A stretch of DNA of 63,742 bases, filler included, from Octopus bimaculoides (taxonomy: Eukaryota): the NCBI RefSeq assembly GCF_001194135.2. It is 6 parts of 4 records of this genome, joined end to end, with 100 filler letters (N's around TTAATTAATTAA, not from the genome) between each part and the next. Parts side by side here need not be neighbours in the genome. Positions count along the whole stretch, not along the records: positions 26,107 to 40,436 come from NC_069002.1; 5 more parts are not named here. One strand, written 5' to 3'. Of the stretch, positions 27,962-39,769 are shown piece after piece. Within the stretch, counting starts at the first letter, position 1. Each line of letters begins with the position of its first letter. The notes under the pieces are model-generated. The model was not told the DNA's origin and did not search any database. It worked only from the letters and a program-made list of their open reading frames with translations. Made by a program: the position numbers and the translations under genes.

Positions 27962-28022
27962 TGTGTGTATGTGTAGCTTCCGTCTCTCTCATTAACTTAA
28001 TATACCCAACGATAAATTATCT

Positions 28023-28121
<99 letters not shown>

Positions 28122-28906
28122 GAACAGCCAGACAGCTGGACACACAGACAGAGTGGGTGGGAGAGGGGGAAACTGTAAATCGAGCTTTGTGGAAGAAAAC
28201 TGGTCACGTGTCCTCTGTGCGTGTGTGTGTGTGTGGTGTGGTGTGGTGTGGTGTGCGCGCGGTGTGTGTGTGTGTGTGTATGTGCAAAGAGATTAATACA
28301 TGTATGCATATTTAAACATTGATGTGTGTGCACATATGCATAAGTACATTTTATATATATGTGGCTGCACACCCGCACGCCTATTATGAACACTACATAA
28401 GTATTTCCCGTACCTGTCGACGACAGCTTGATAGAAATATAATATAGTATTATTGTTACTTCGCTGTTGTTATTATTTTCCTGACGACAACGATGGGGAG
28501 GATGAAGAGAAACATTTATATTTTCATTCATTCAATGTTTCGCTAAACTATATTATTTCTACTACCACCACTCTCACTACTACCACCACCACCACCACTA
28601 CTACTTCTATTACTACTACTGCTGGTGCAGACACAGTCATGAATCTGTTTTCATCATATTCTCATTGTTGAATCAAAAACAGAACAAAGCAAACCCACTG
28701 ACAGACGTTCAAGCACGATTATTATTATTATTATTATTAAATCCGTGTATACACCCAGCGCCAGCACCACCAACACCTTCACAAACCTCCAACAACATCA
28801 TAATCACCCTCCAACACCACCGCAACCATTGCATCATGTCGTCTATTTAAATTTTCTTCTACTCTTCATCTTTTCCATAGTTTTTCCCTCTACAGCAGGG
28901 ATCCCA

Positions 28907-28944
<38 letters not shown>

Positions 28945-29594
28945 TCTGTTCTATAAAACACGGCTTCCAACACTCGAAGAACCAAATTTTGTAAGGACTG
29001 AAAGGAAAGAGTTTGTGAAAAATGGATTCTCCAAAAGAAAATACCTCCCTCAACATCAACTCCGATAACGGTAATATATTTTATCCAATTAATTTTTAAT
29101 TAACGCGTTAATTATTGGAGTGTTTGATCGTTTTTCCTTGCAATATCTTCCTCCATCGTATCGCACATCAAAACATGTGGTGTTTATGTAATCATCTTGT
29201 TTCTCTCCATTTCTTCACACCTTGCCCGCTAGAACCGCTACTACAATAACAATAAGCAAATCTTCACATTGCAATCAACCATCTGAAACAAAGCAAAACC
29301 TGACGGAAAATAAAAATGGATCGACATGCCTGAAACGTCCTTAATTGTAAGGTCGGTTCGATCAAGGCTGACTTACAGCTAAACAATAACAAATGCTCTG
29401 TGACGTATGGACGTAGCACTGCTTTCGGTGATCAGCAATACCTAAAACCTAGTTCTCAGTGATTTGACGGGACCAGCGGCAATAACAGTGATTTCCTTCG
29501 AGGTTGCAGAATCACTTAAACACACACACACACACACACACACGGACGCACGCGCGCATGCAGACATACACGCATACGCGCACAACAGAGGTGG

Positions 29595-31075
29595 TTTAAA
29601 TTCTTTTCTCTTCTAGGTACAAGGCCTGAAAATTTGGGGTCAGTCGATTAGATCGCCCCTGTACGCAACTGGTACTTAATTTATCGACCTCGAAAGGATG
29701 AAAGGCAAAGCTTTTTCCATCATCATCATCATCAAAATGGTAGAACAATTAGATTATTGAGATATTTGATTTCGATTTTCCGCGTTGTAAGTTCAAATTC
29801 TACCAAGGTCAACCTTACCTTACTTTAAAATGAAATACCAGTCACATACAGAGAGTCCTGAGACGATTACTTTTCCACGAGATCAATAAAATAAAGTCCC
29901 AATCGAGTATTGATCTCCTTAATCGATAATAACATACCCCGCCCCCAAAATCTATATTCTTCTGCTAATAAATCCTTGTTGTTTAGCTCTAGCTGATCCA
30001 TACTCAGGCAGATCCAAGTATGATCAAAGATGTTACAGAAATGACCACCCTGTCTTCTTGATGAACAGAATCTGATACTAACGTGGCTGTTTTTTTTTTG
30101 GGGGGGGAGAATCTTTTTTAAACAATTAGGTGTAATTTAAAGGAGGTTTAACTGTTATTTCCAGCAATTTGAACGAGCTTATTATCATACAAGCTTCTTT
30201 GTTGCTTAATTGTATATGTTAGTTGTTCTGAGATCAATTTTCGCTGAGGCCGACTTTACCTTTCATCATTTCGGAGGTCGATAAAATAAGTACCAGTTGA
30301 GTACAGAGGTCGGTGTTATCGAGTAACCCTTCGTTTTAAATTTGCTAGCCTTGAACCAAAATATGGTCAAGCACTGGGATCGATGTAATCGATTTGCCCC
30401 CTCCCTCGAACTTGCTGTCCTTGTGCCAAATCTTGAGGTCCTTTTGATGCCCCTCGTTTATTCCCCCGTGGTCAATAAAAGAGATCCCCATCATCATTAT
30501 TTCCCTCACAAAACTGGAAAATTCCCTAGTGTTTTTCGCACAATCATAGAGATGCTCATTGCTAGCAGGCCTACTCCGCCACGTGCCTACTCCAACATAA
30601 TTGACCTGGCTTTCAACAACAACACAACTAGTCACCAATGTGGTCTCTCGTCCTGCTAGAAATAACAGTACGGTGTGACCCGAAATACATTATCCGATGT
30701 TCCGCCCCACCCCCACCCCTTTTTGTTTTCTTGCAGATGGTGGAATGGGGATGATTTATGAGGGATTAAGCTGTTATTCCTAGCAGATCGAGCGACCTCA
30801 ATCTTTATGACTCCGTGGCACACCGAATTAGACTAACGTAATATAATGTTATATAAAGGCGACGAGATGGCAGAATCGTTAGCACGCCGGGTGAAATACT
30901 TAGCGGCATTTCGTCTGTCTTTATGTTCTGAGTTCAAATTCTGCCGAAGTCGACTTTGCCTTTCATCCTTTCGGGTTCGATTAAATAAATACCAGTTGAG
31001 CACTGAGGTTGATGTAATCGACTAACTCACTCACCCGAACTTGCTGGCCTTGTGCCAAAGTTTGAAATCAATACG
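29595..31075. mobile_element. Cluster of SINE family C copies and fragments in both orientations
   Basis: - strand piece ~29600-29715; + pieces ~29770-29830, ~30239-30345, ~30370-30440; fuller + copy 30857-31070 (ggcgacgagatggcagaatcgttagcacgccggg..gagttcaaattc). Confidence 0.75.
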
Positions 31076-31332
31076 ATATACTACATAATATTAATACATA
31101 CATATATATATATTATAGATAGATAGATAGATAGATATGTGCGAGTGTGTGTGTATCTGTATGTAAGAATGTGTGTATATAATTATATGCGGGTGTGTGT
31201 GTATTTCCACGGGTACCAATACCTACTTTTTTTCTGTCGAGGTCTTATGTACCCCAATATTAGACTATTTTCTTTAGACTATACACGGTGAATGCTTATA
31301 AGCTTAAAAACTTATAATCGTTATTATTTACA

Positions 31333-31374
<42 letters not shown>

Positions 31375-32198
31375 NNNNNNNNNNNNNNNNNNNNNNNNNN
31401 NNNNNNNNNNNNNNNNNNNNNNNNNNNNNNNNNNNNNNNNNNNNNNNNNNNNNNNNNNNNNNNNNNNNNNNNNNNNNNNNNNNNNNNNNNNNNNNNNNNN
31501 NNNNNNNNNNNNNNNNNNNNNNNNNNNNNNNNNNNNNNNNNNNNNNNNNNNNNNNNNNNNNNNNNNNNNNNNNNNNNNNNNNNNNNNNNNNNNNNNNNNN
31601 NNNNNNNNNNNNNNNNNNNNNNNNNNNNNNNNNNNNNNNNNNNNNNNNNNNNNNNNNNNNNNNNNNNNNNNNNNNNNNNNNNNNNNNNNNNNNNNNNNNN
31701 NNNNNNNNNNNNNNNNNNNNNNNNNNNNNNNNNNNNNNNNNNNNNNNNNNNNNNNNNNNNNNNNNNNNNNNNNNNNNNNNNNNNNNNNNNNNNNNNNNNN
31801 NNNNNNNNNNNNNNNNNNNNNNNNNNNNNNNNNNNNNNNNNNNNNNNNNNNNNNNNNNNNNNNNNNNNNNNNNNNNNNNNNNNNNNNNNNNNNNNNNNNN
31901 NNNNNNNNNNNNNNNNNNNNNNNNNNNNNNNNNNNNNNNNNNNNNNNNNNNNNNNNNNNNNNNNNNNNNNNNNNNNNNNNNNNNNNNNNNNNNNNNNNNN
32001 NNNNNNNNNNNNNNNNNNNNNNNNNNNNNNNNNNNNNNNNNNNNNNNNNNNNNNNNNNNNNNNNNNNNNNNNNNNNNNNNNNNNNTTGGTTGCCAGCATC
32101 AAGTTAGGTCCTCATTACAAAGGCCTAGGCTCAAAGGCATCCCAACCACGACCATCACGTCAGTTTAGAATTATTTCTAAAACTATTAATTCAATATA

Positions 32199-32619
32199 GG
32201 CGCAGGAGTGGCTGTGTGGTAAGTAGCTTGCTTACCAACCACATGGTTCCGGGTTCAGTCCCACTGCGTGACACCTTGGGCAAGTGTCTTCTACTATAGC
32301 CTCGGGCCGATCAGAGCCTTGTGAGTGGATTTGGTAGACGGAAACTGAAAGAAGCCCATCGTATATATGTATATATATGTGTATGTGTGTGTGTATATGT
32401 TTTTGTGTCTGTGTTTGTCCCCCCAACTTCGCTTAACAACCGATGCTGGTGTGTTTACGTCCCCGTAACTTAACGGTTCGGCAAAAAGAGACCGATAGAA
32501 TAAGTACTAGGTTTACAAAGAATAAGTCCTGGGGTCGATTTGCTCGACTAAAGGCGGTGCCCCAGCATGGCCGCAGTCAAATGACTGAAACAAGTAAAAG
32601 AAAGAAAGAAAGAAAGAAA
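32199..32619 (+). mobile_element. SINE family A, full length, with internal (TA)/(TG) microsatellite and (GAAA)n tail
   Basis: A box-like tggctgtgtgg, B box-like gggttcagtcc, central TA/TG tract ~32362-32400, 3' end ggcggtgccccagcatggccgcagtcaaatgactgaaacaagtaaaagaaag. Confidence 0.9.
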
Positions 32620-32929
32620 TATCTAATGTGTCCTTTATTTATTCGGTGCTGAGTGCGTTGAGAGTGTTTTAGCTGCTATTTCTAACAGTTTGAATCGCCA
32701 CCTAGAAGACTCACTCGCCAAGTCGATGGATTCTTTAGATAACAGCAAAACTCTTTAGAAAACACAAGCACCAGAATACCAACACCAACACGAATGTTGT
32801 CAAATTTCCTATAGAAGCAATAATGGTTCATGCATATTTAAAAACTTAATTACGCGAACTATGTAATTAAGTGAGAGAGAGAGAAACAGACAGAGAAGGA
32901 GTGAGTGAGAGAGACAGATAGAGAAGTGA

Positions 32930-32972
<43 letters not shown>

Positions 32973-33690
32973 TAATGGTTATCCCAGTAGTGATTGCATC
33001 AGATTCTTTTTGAGAATTTATTTATGCAGGGGTTTGCTATGCTACAAGAATCTGGTAAGAGTCGCAAACATTTTGGACCAAAAAAAAATATTAAATCGAG
33101 GTTATTATGTTAGAGGAACTTTGGCGACGGAACATTTACTGATGGTAGGACTCAATACAGGGGAAGAGGCAAATTTNNNNNNNNNNNNNNNNNNNNNNNN
33201 NNNNNNNNNNNNNNNNNNNNNNNNNNNNNNNNNNNNNNNNNNNNNNNNNNNNNNNNNNNNNNNNNNNNNNNNNNNNNNNNNNNNNNNNNNNNNNNNNNNN
33301 NNNNNNNNNNNNNNNNNNNNNNNNNNNNNNNNNNNNNNNNNNNNNNNNNNNNNNNNNNNNNNNNNNNNNNNNNNNNNNNNNNNNNNNNNNNNNNNNNNNN
33401 NNNNNNNNNNNNNNNNNNNNNNNNNNNNNNNNNNNNNNNNNNNNNNNNNNNNNNNNNNNNNNNNNNNNNNNNNNNNNNNNNNNNNNNNNNNNNNNNNNNN
33501 NNNNNNNNNNNNNNNNNNNNNNNNNNNNNNNNNNNNNNNNNNNNNNNNNNNNNNNNNNNNNNNNNNNNNNNNNNNNNNNNNNNNNNNNNNNNNNNNNNNN
33601 NNNNNNNNNNNNNNNNNNNNNNNNNNNNNNNNNNNNNNNGTCCGAGTGGTCTTTTTCACTTTTTGTGTACTTTGGACAAATTTTGAGCAA

Positions 33691-33983
33691 CCGGTATTCC
33701 GTCGGTTACGACAACGAGGGTTCCACTTGATCCGATCAAGGAACAGCCTGCTCGTGAAATTAACGTGCAAGTGGCTGAGCACTCCACAGACATGTGTACC
33801 CTTAACGAAGTTCTCAGGGAGATTCAGCGTGACGCAGAGTGTGACAAGGCTGGCCCTTTGAAATACAGGTACTACTCATTTTTGCCAGCTGAGTGGACTG
33901 GAGCAACATGAAATGAAGTGTCTTGCTTAAGAACACAACGGTCGTGAACCAAACACCCTAACCACTAAGCCACGCTCCTTCAC
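33691..33983 (-). mobile_element. Hybrid SINE: family D-type 5' module joined to the family B 3' body
   Basis: - strand reads ggagcgtggcttagtggttagggtg..ttcatttcatgttgctccagtccactcagctggcaaaaatgagta (D), then cctgtatttcaaagggccagccttgtcacac..ggaaccctcgttgtcgtaaccgacgg (B). Confidence 0.8.
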
Positions 33984-34113
33984 TTGTAATAACATTAGCC
34001 ACGTAATTAAGCACATTATGATCCTGAGAGCTTTGCACTGCCATCAGGGAACAATATAGCATAACATGATCAACCAAAATACTCAGATAATTCTTGGTGT
34101 TAACTCTGCTATA

Positions 34114-34500
34114 GTGGATGCGCAATGGCCCAGTTGTTACGGCAGCGAACTCGCGGTCATAGGATCGCGGTTTCAATTCCCAGACCGGGCGTTGTGAGTG
34201 TTTATTGAGCGAAAACACCTTAAAGCTCCACGCAGCTCCGGCAGGAGATGGTGGCGAACCCTGCTGTACTCTTTCACCACAACATTCTCTCACTCTTACT
34301 TCCTGTTTCTGCTGTGCCTGTAATTCAAAGGGTCAACCTTGTCACACTCTGTGTCACGCTGAATCTCCCCGAGAACTACGTTAAGGGTACACGTGTCTGT
34401 GGAGTGCTCAACCACTTGCACGTTAATTTCACGAGCAGGCTGTTCCGTTGATCGGATCAACTGGAACCCTCGACGTCGTAAGCGACGGAGTGCCAACAAC
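34114..34500 (+). mobile_element. SINE family B, full length, with 12-bp TSD
   Basis: tRNA-like head (tggcccagttg..ggtttcaattccc) and (CAA) tail. Direct repeat taactctgctat at 34101-34112 and 34503-34514. Confidence 0.9.
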
Positions 34501-34695
34501 GATAACTCTGCTATGTAGAACAAATAAAGAGCCAAGAGAATGTTTTATGATATGGTTGCTGAAATCATCCCAGAGCCACCTCCATGCTTCACGGCTGGGG
34601 GCCAAACAGTTTAGGTTAGAGGCTATTTTGATGATTCATCGAAGATGAAATTATTCTAGAAAGTCATTGACCACTTTTGATAGTGTAGGCGCCAT

Positions 34696-34929
34696 TTCTT
34701 ATTTCTTTATTGCCCACAAGGGGCAAAACATAGAGGAGACAAACAAGGACAGACAAAGAGATTAAATCGATTGCATCGACCCCAGTGCGCAACTGGTACT
34801 TAATTTATCGACCCGAAAGGATGAAAGCAAAGTTGACCTCAGCGGAATTTGAACTCAGAACGTAACGGCAGACGAAATACCGCTAAGCATTTCGCCCGGC
34901 GTGCTAACGTTTCTGCCAGCTCGCCGCCA
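34696..34929 (-). mobile_element. SINE family C, full length
   Basis: Reverse complement of the family C consensus. An 11-bp direct repeat cgccatttctt at 34690-34700 and 34925-34935 may be the TSD. Confidence 0.85.
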
Positions 34930-35669
34930 TTTCTTTCTGTTTGTCAATGTTGCTGAGGGACGGGAGAAGTTTTGCAATTTCAATTCTCACGTGGTATCCA
35001 GCTTTACAGAGCTCCAGCGAGTGGATTTGACACGAGATTGGTGGTTTAGCTCTGTTGTCACCTCGATAGTGTTTAGACACAATACCTTTCATTATTTGTA
35101 GGCGTTCTCTATATATCACTTCTCCCCGCAGTTCGAAACAACTTTAATATGACTCGAGACTTTTCTAGATTCTTTTAGTGTACATGGCGGCATGTTTCTT
35201 TACTGCCGCCCACCACACCAAGCTTGGGATCCCTGAAACAATGCTGGTCACTCAGCTAATATTTTATTATTTGCTGACGATTAGTTCTTTACTTTCAGTT
35301 TGGTGTTTCCCTTAGATACTCCTGTCATATCTATAATGAAACTTTTTGTTTCCCTCCACAGTTTTCTCCAATTTCGCCAGTCATTTCTCCTCTGTTTTTC
35401 CTAAATCCATTACCAGTTCGATATGACATCGTGCATCTAACCCCAAAGCCGTGACATGCCATACAGATTCACACAAACACATATACACATTATATGGGGG
35501 GAGGTGTTTGAGTGTACAGAGCTGTATCTTTAAGAGTTATATAACCACGTGGTTTGTAGTCAGTTCCACTACGCGGTACCGAGGGTAAGGGCCTTCTACT
35601 TTGCCACAGACCGATCGACCAAAGTTTTGTAAGTAAATTTGGTAGACAGAGACTGACACTGTTCAAAAC

Positions 35670-36560
35670 TATGAACACTTCATCCCTATACAGACCCACA
35701 CAGATACCATCACAAATGATATCCATTTCGAGAAGTTGGAATAAGCCAACCAGTGCGAATATTTCAGCATTATCAAAGCTTCCTGTAATAATATTAAAAT
35801 CGCTTTTTCTGTCCTTCATGCATGTTAAAAAGGTAGAGTTTCCTGACATACATAATGATTTGCAAGCTTACTTTGTGTGATTATATTATATCTTGTGAAT
35901 TATGAAAGGATAATAATCAACAATTGGATGCATTTGTTTTTGTTCTGTCTTTTTCGTTTTTGTTGGGGTTTTTTTCTTCTGATCCCGCCCCCCTGTTGAA
36001 CCCTAACGATCATTAATTCAGTGTTATTTCGCAAATTCAAATTCAAATCGGCGGACCATTTTGTGTGAGAGTTTACTTTATCTAAAACCGTGTTACAAAC
36101 TCTATCAAAATCATTTTCGATTACACATTAACGAGTTTACTTTTGAGTACGATTCCGAAAGTTTCATCCTTGATGGTTCTTCAGTGTGATGACGGCCACA
36201 GATTTTTTATTGTTTTCTTTATTGAGGTATTTAAGTTTGCTTTGGATGTCATGTTTTGTGGCTATTTGTTGTACTTTTGTATTTATTTCATTGTGTTGCG
36301 GTCGGTCATTGTAGCTGGAGTTTGTTATGCTATTATCTGAGAGATTTTTATACTTTCCGAGTATAGGTTAGTCTTTTTGTCTGCAAATATGAATAGGTAT
36401 TCAAAGAGCTTTATTGATTTTAAATCCTAATTTAGCCTGTGTAGAAAATCGTTCTTTCTCATATCAAATTCTTATTCATTAATAAGCGTTTTCTTTTACT
36501 GTGTATCAATTTTTTGTTTTTCTGGCGTGTATTTCGGAAACTATTTCTGTGACTGCTTTC
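35670..36560 (-). mobile_element. Penelope-like element reverse transcriptase ORF, decayed
   Basis: - strand LFIFADKKTNLY (36361-36396), AVITLKNH..NFRNR (~36140-36197), and FNIITGSFDNAEIFALVGL..GLYRDEVFIV (35670-35800). These correspond to Penelope RT motifs ADKT.N.Y, ITLKDHK.NF and MGS.DGAE.C.LVGL..GLYRDD. Confidence 0.8.
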
Positions 36561-36720
36561 CTTTTCCAAAGTTTATATATACATACCTACGTACATATAT
36601 GTGTGTGTGTATGCGTGCGTGCGTGTGAGTCGTCTAAGAGACAATAAGTCAGGGAAAAGATGCACTCGTATATCTATCAATAGAGTTTATCCGAAATATA
36701 TAGTATTAATATATCCATCA

Positions 36721-36814
36721 CGGCTGATTTTACCAATCGGTTCCGTGCAAGGAATACAATGGAGTGTTAGGTAACAATCCTATTATATAACCTTACGCTC
36801 ATCAGAGATAGCCG
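36721..36814 (-). ncRNA. Hammerhead ribozyme-like motif in the left pLTR arm (core mutated GAAA to GGAA)
   Basis: - strand: cggctatct CTGATGA Gcgtaagg..ccttgcaC GGAA CC gatt G GTA aaatcagccg. Confidence 0.55.
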
Positions 36815-37705
36815 CTATGGAAAGGAATATTGCGACAGCTCTCTATTGTCAGAGGTAGATTAACACAACCGGTCAGCGGCTGCTGTGAAAAAGATGGTGA
36901 AACGAAGGGCCAGGGGATTAGGTTAGGAGTTATGTCCCTTGGTTGAGTATGCTGTTACGCTGGTAAGGGTTATCTTGAAGTGTTTGTGGGGATTATTAAT
37001 GCATTATTAATGTGGTGTTCCTGTGGGGATGGGGTGTGTGATATGTGTTGTGGTGTCATATGCATATTTTTTTCCGGGGATGTAAGTATATATAGCTGTG
37101 TTCGTTGGTCTGTTTTCTTTCTGTAAAGGATAAGGTCTTGCCCACATGAAAGGTAGTATATCCTATCGTACCTGCGCACCCCACCATGACTGCAAGCACA
37201 GGTCCCCGGCCTCGACCTTCCACCAATGCCCTCAGACCTGGCAAAGAGTTTGACCTAAACACACACCAATGCACCTATGTACACACACGCATATCTCTAT
37301 AAGGCGGACACCCCACAAAATAGACTGTCTCCCACTACCCCCAACAAATACCCCTTCACACACATTGTACCCCCACACACATATAGACCCCACGACCTCA
37401 TCCTTTACAGAAAGAAAACAGACCAACGAACACAGCTAAATATACTTACACCCCCGAAAAAAATTATGCATATAACACCACACATCCCATCCCCACAGGT
37501 GCACCACACTTAATAATGCACACTTTCCCCACAAACACTTCAAGATAACTCTTACCGGCCTCACAGCATACCCAACCAAGGGACATAACACCTAACCTAA
37601 CCCCTAGCCCTTTTTCGCTTCACTAGCTTTTTCAAGGCAGTAGCTGACCGGTTGTGTTAAACCACCTCCGATAGTAGAGAGCTGTCGTCATATTCCCTTA
37701 CATAT

Positions 37706-37793
37706 CGGCTAACTCTGATGAGCGTAAGGCTATATAATAGGATTTTTATCTAACAATCAGTTCCTTGCACGAAACCGATTGGTAAGATCAGCC
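37706..37793 (+). ncRNA. Type I hammerhead ribozyme-like motif in the right pLTR arm
   Basis: CTGATGA 37715-37721; stem II gcgtaagg/ccttgcac (imperfect) with ~33 nt loop; GAAA 37771-37774; stem III ACC-gatt-GGT; predicted cleavage after GTA 37782-37784; stem I aact/agat plus ggct/agcc. Confidence 0.65.
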
Positions 37794-39013
37794 ATGATGG
37801 ATATATAATACTATACATTTCGGATAATATATATTATATGTATGTTTGTATGGATATGTGTGCTTGTATTTGCCTGTAGTTGTATAGTTGTCGTTTATCT
37901 ACGTGTCTGGGATTTTTTTTTTAAAGATTAAAAGGAACTGACCCGCGTTCCCCAAATCTAATCTATTAGTGACACAGCTAAACACTGTAAAATATTTCAA
38001 AGATTCTCCCTTTGAGATTCTTAAAATAAATATATGCACACTTTCGGTTGTATGCGTCTACAAAGACACGTATGTAAAAAGTAATCATGCACACACGCAC
38101 ACACACGCGCACGCACACACACACACACACTCTCTCTCTCTCTATCTCTCTCTCTCTCTCTATCCCTCACACACACACACTGTTGTTAAAACCAGTTGTA
38201 GAGGAATCTTTGCTTTGTTACTAAACAATCCACTTCTGGTTGTTTTGCGGTCATCATAAGTCGGGGACTCGTTATCAGAGTGCAATAAATCCCAACTATC
38301 ATTTCCATCAATTCCTTCAAATTCCACTCCCTTCGCTCTCTGCTCTGGTGCCATATTGCTGATTGTCATTGTTTCATCCTCTCCTCAATAATATTCCTTA
38401 AACTAAGCGTGGACCAATAAGACATGTATGTTTAACTTCTCGAACAACGCATTATTTTTTATTGTGTGCATAAGAGAATAATTAAGATGAAATATGGTGT
38501 ATCATGTAATTTTCCAGCGTTCTTTGATGGACTAATGACTAGTGATAATCATCAGTCACTGTAATCGTCTGAATTAAAGTTCCTCTAAGATTAATCCTTG
38601 GAAACAGAAATAACTCTCAGAGTATTGTAGAAAGACGACCAACAGAAGTGTCCAAATGCAGAAATATCTTGACCTGGAAATTATACTCTTAATGACGTTG
38701 CATGGCACAAATGTTCAACAAACCATTCGGAAATGAATCTTAGACCAAATCTGTTTCTTAGACTTCCATCTGAACAGTGATTAGGTCTAGAGACGGCCTT
38801 CATAGTTCTTGCAATACCGATAAATAAAGTACACAATGACGAACAAACAATGGGTTCAGTTTTAACCTTCCATTACTAAGGAAACGATCTGCTGTTGATT
38901 TGTCTCTTTCCAAACTAACCCTTAATATATCAACTTCAATAGAACAAACCCTGGTGTCAAGGCCATTCCAGCTTTAACAATTCCGTCTTTATCATTTCGT
39001 TTCTCCCTACCAC

Positions 39014-39213
39014 TTCTCTTTTACTTGTTTCAGTCATTTGACTGCGGCCATGCTGGAGCACCGCCTTTGGTGGAGCAAATCGACCCCAGGACTTATTCTT
39101 TGTAAGCCTAGTACTTATTCTATGGGTTTCTTTTGCTGAGCCGCTAAGTGACGGGGACGTAAACACACTAGCATCAGTTGTCAAGCGATGTTGTGGGGAC
39201 AAACACAGACACA

Positions 39214-39291
<78 letters not shown>

Positions 39292-39453
39292 CGACGGGCT
39301 TCTTTCAGTTTCCGTCTACCAAATCCACTCACAAGGCTTTGGTTGGCCTGAGGCTATAGTAGAAGATACTTGCCCAAGGTACCAAGCAGTGGGACTGAAC
39401 CGGAACCATGTGGTCGGTAAGCAAGCTACTTACCACACAGCCACTCCTACGCC
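39014..39453 (-). mobile_element. SINE family A, full length, with an expanded internal microsatellite
   Basis: Reverse complement of 32199-32619; internal (CA)n(TA)n tract ~39205-39292. Confidence 0.9.
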
Positions 39454-39702
39454 TAAATTTATAACTGTATCATTGATTTGTTAGATAGAAGCAGTATACG
39501 AACCAAAGAGTGTGGCTTATGACCACTTTAATGTGGCTGTCCTCTAAGAGACGACGATACTGCCATTTAACCCCAGGAAGACATCTCCTCCAGCTGATCT
39601 ATTCAGTGGGCTTCTCGCTCCTGATATTTATTGCAAGCAAGTGATAACCCCTGCCACCCTGCTTTTAAGGCCACCTGACCACGTAGTTTTGATCTGTATT
39701 GG

Positions 39703-39769
<67 letters not shown>

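Larger units (their letters stand above)
36688..37826. mobile_element. Inverted pseudo-LTR pair of the Penelope-like element (arms 36688-37137 and 37394-37826, 256 bp spacer)
   Basis: The arms are reverse complements with moderate divergence. They lie just upstream (on the - strand) of the PLE RT fragment, and each carries an HHR-like motif. Confidence 0.8.

Noticed and set aside
30720-30800. Strong-looking acceptor ttttcttgcAG followed by ATGGTGG
   Set aside because: Downstream sequence resembles an old dispersed repeat (gctg(c/t)tatt(t/c)ctagca core, also near 30150, 32670, 49345 and 51040), and no donor or open frame supports an exon.
38160-38369. Acidic 69-aa ORF on the - strand (MTISNMAPEQ...)
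   Set aside because: No recognisable motif, an upstream in-frame stop, no convincing splice sites, and it ends in a microsatellite.
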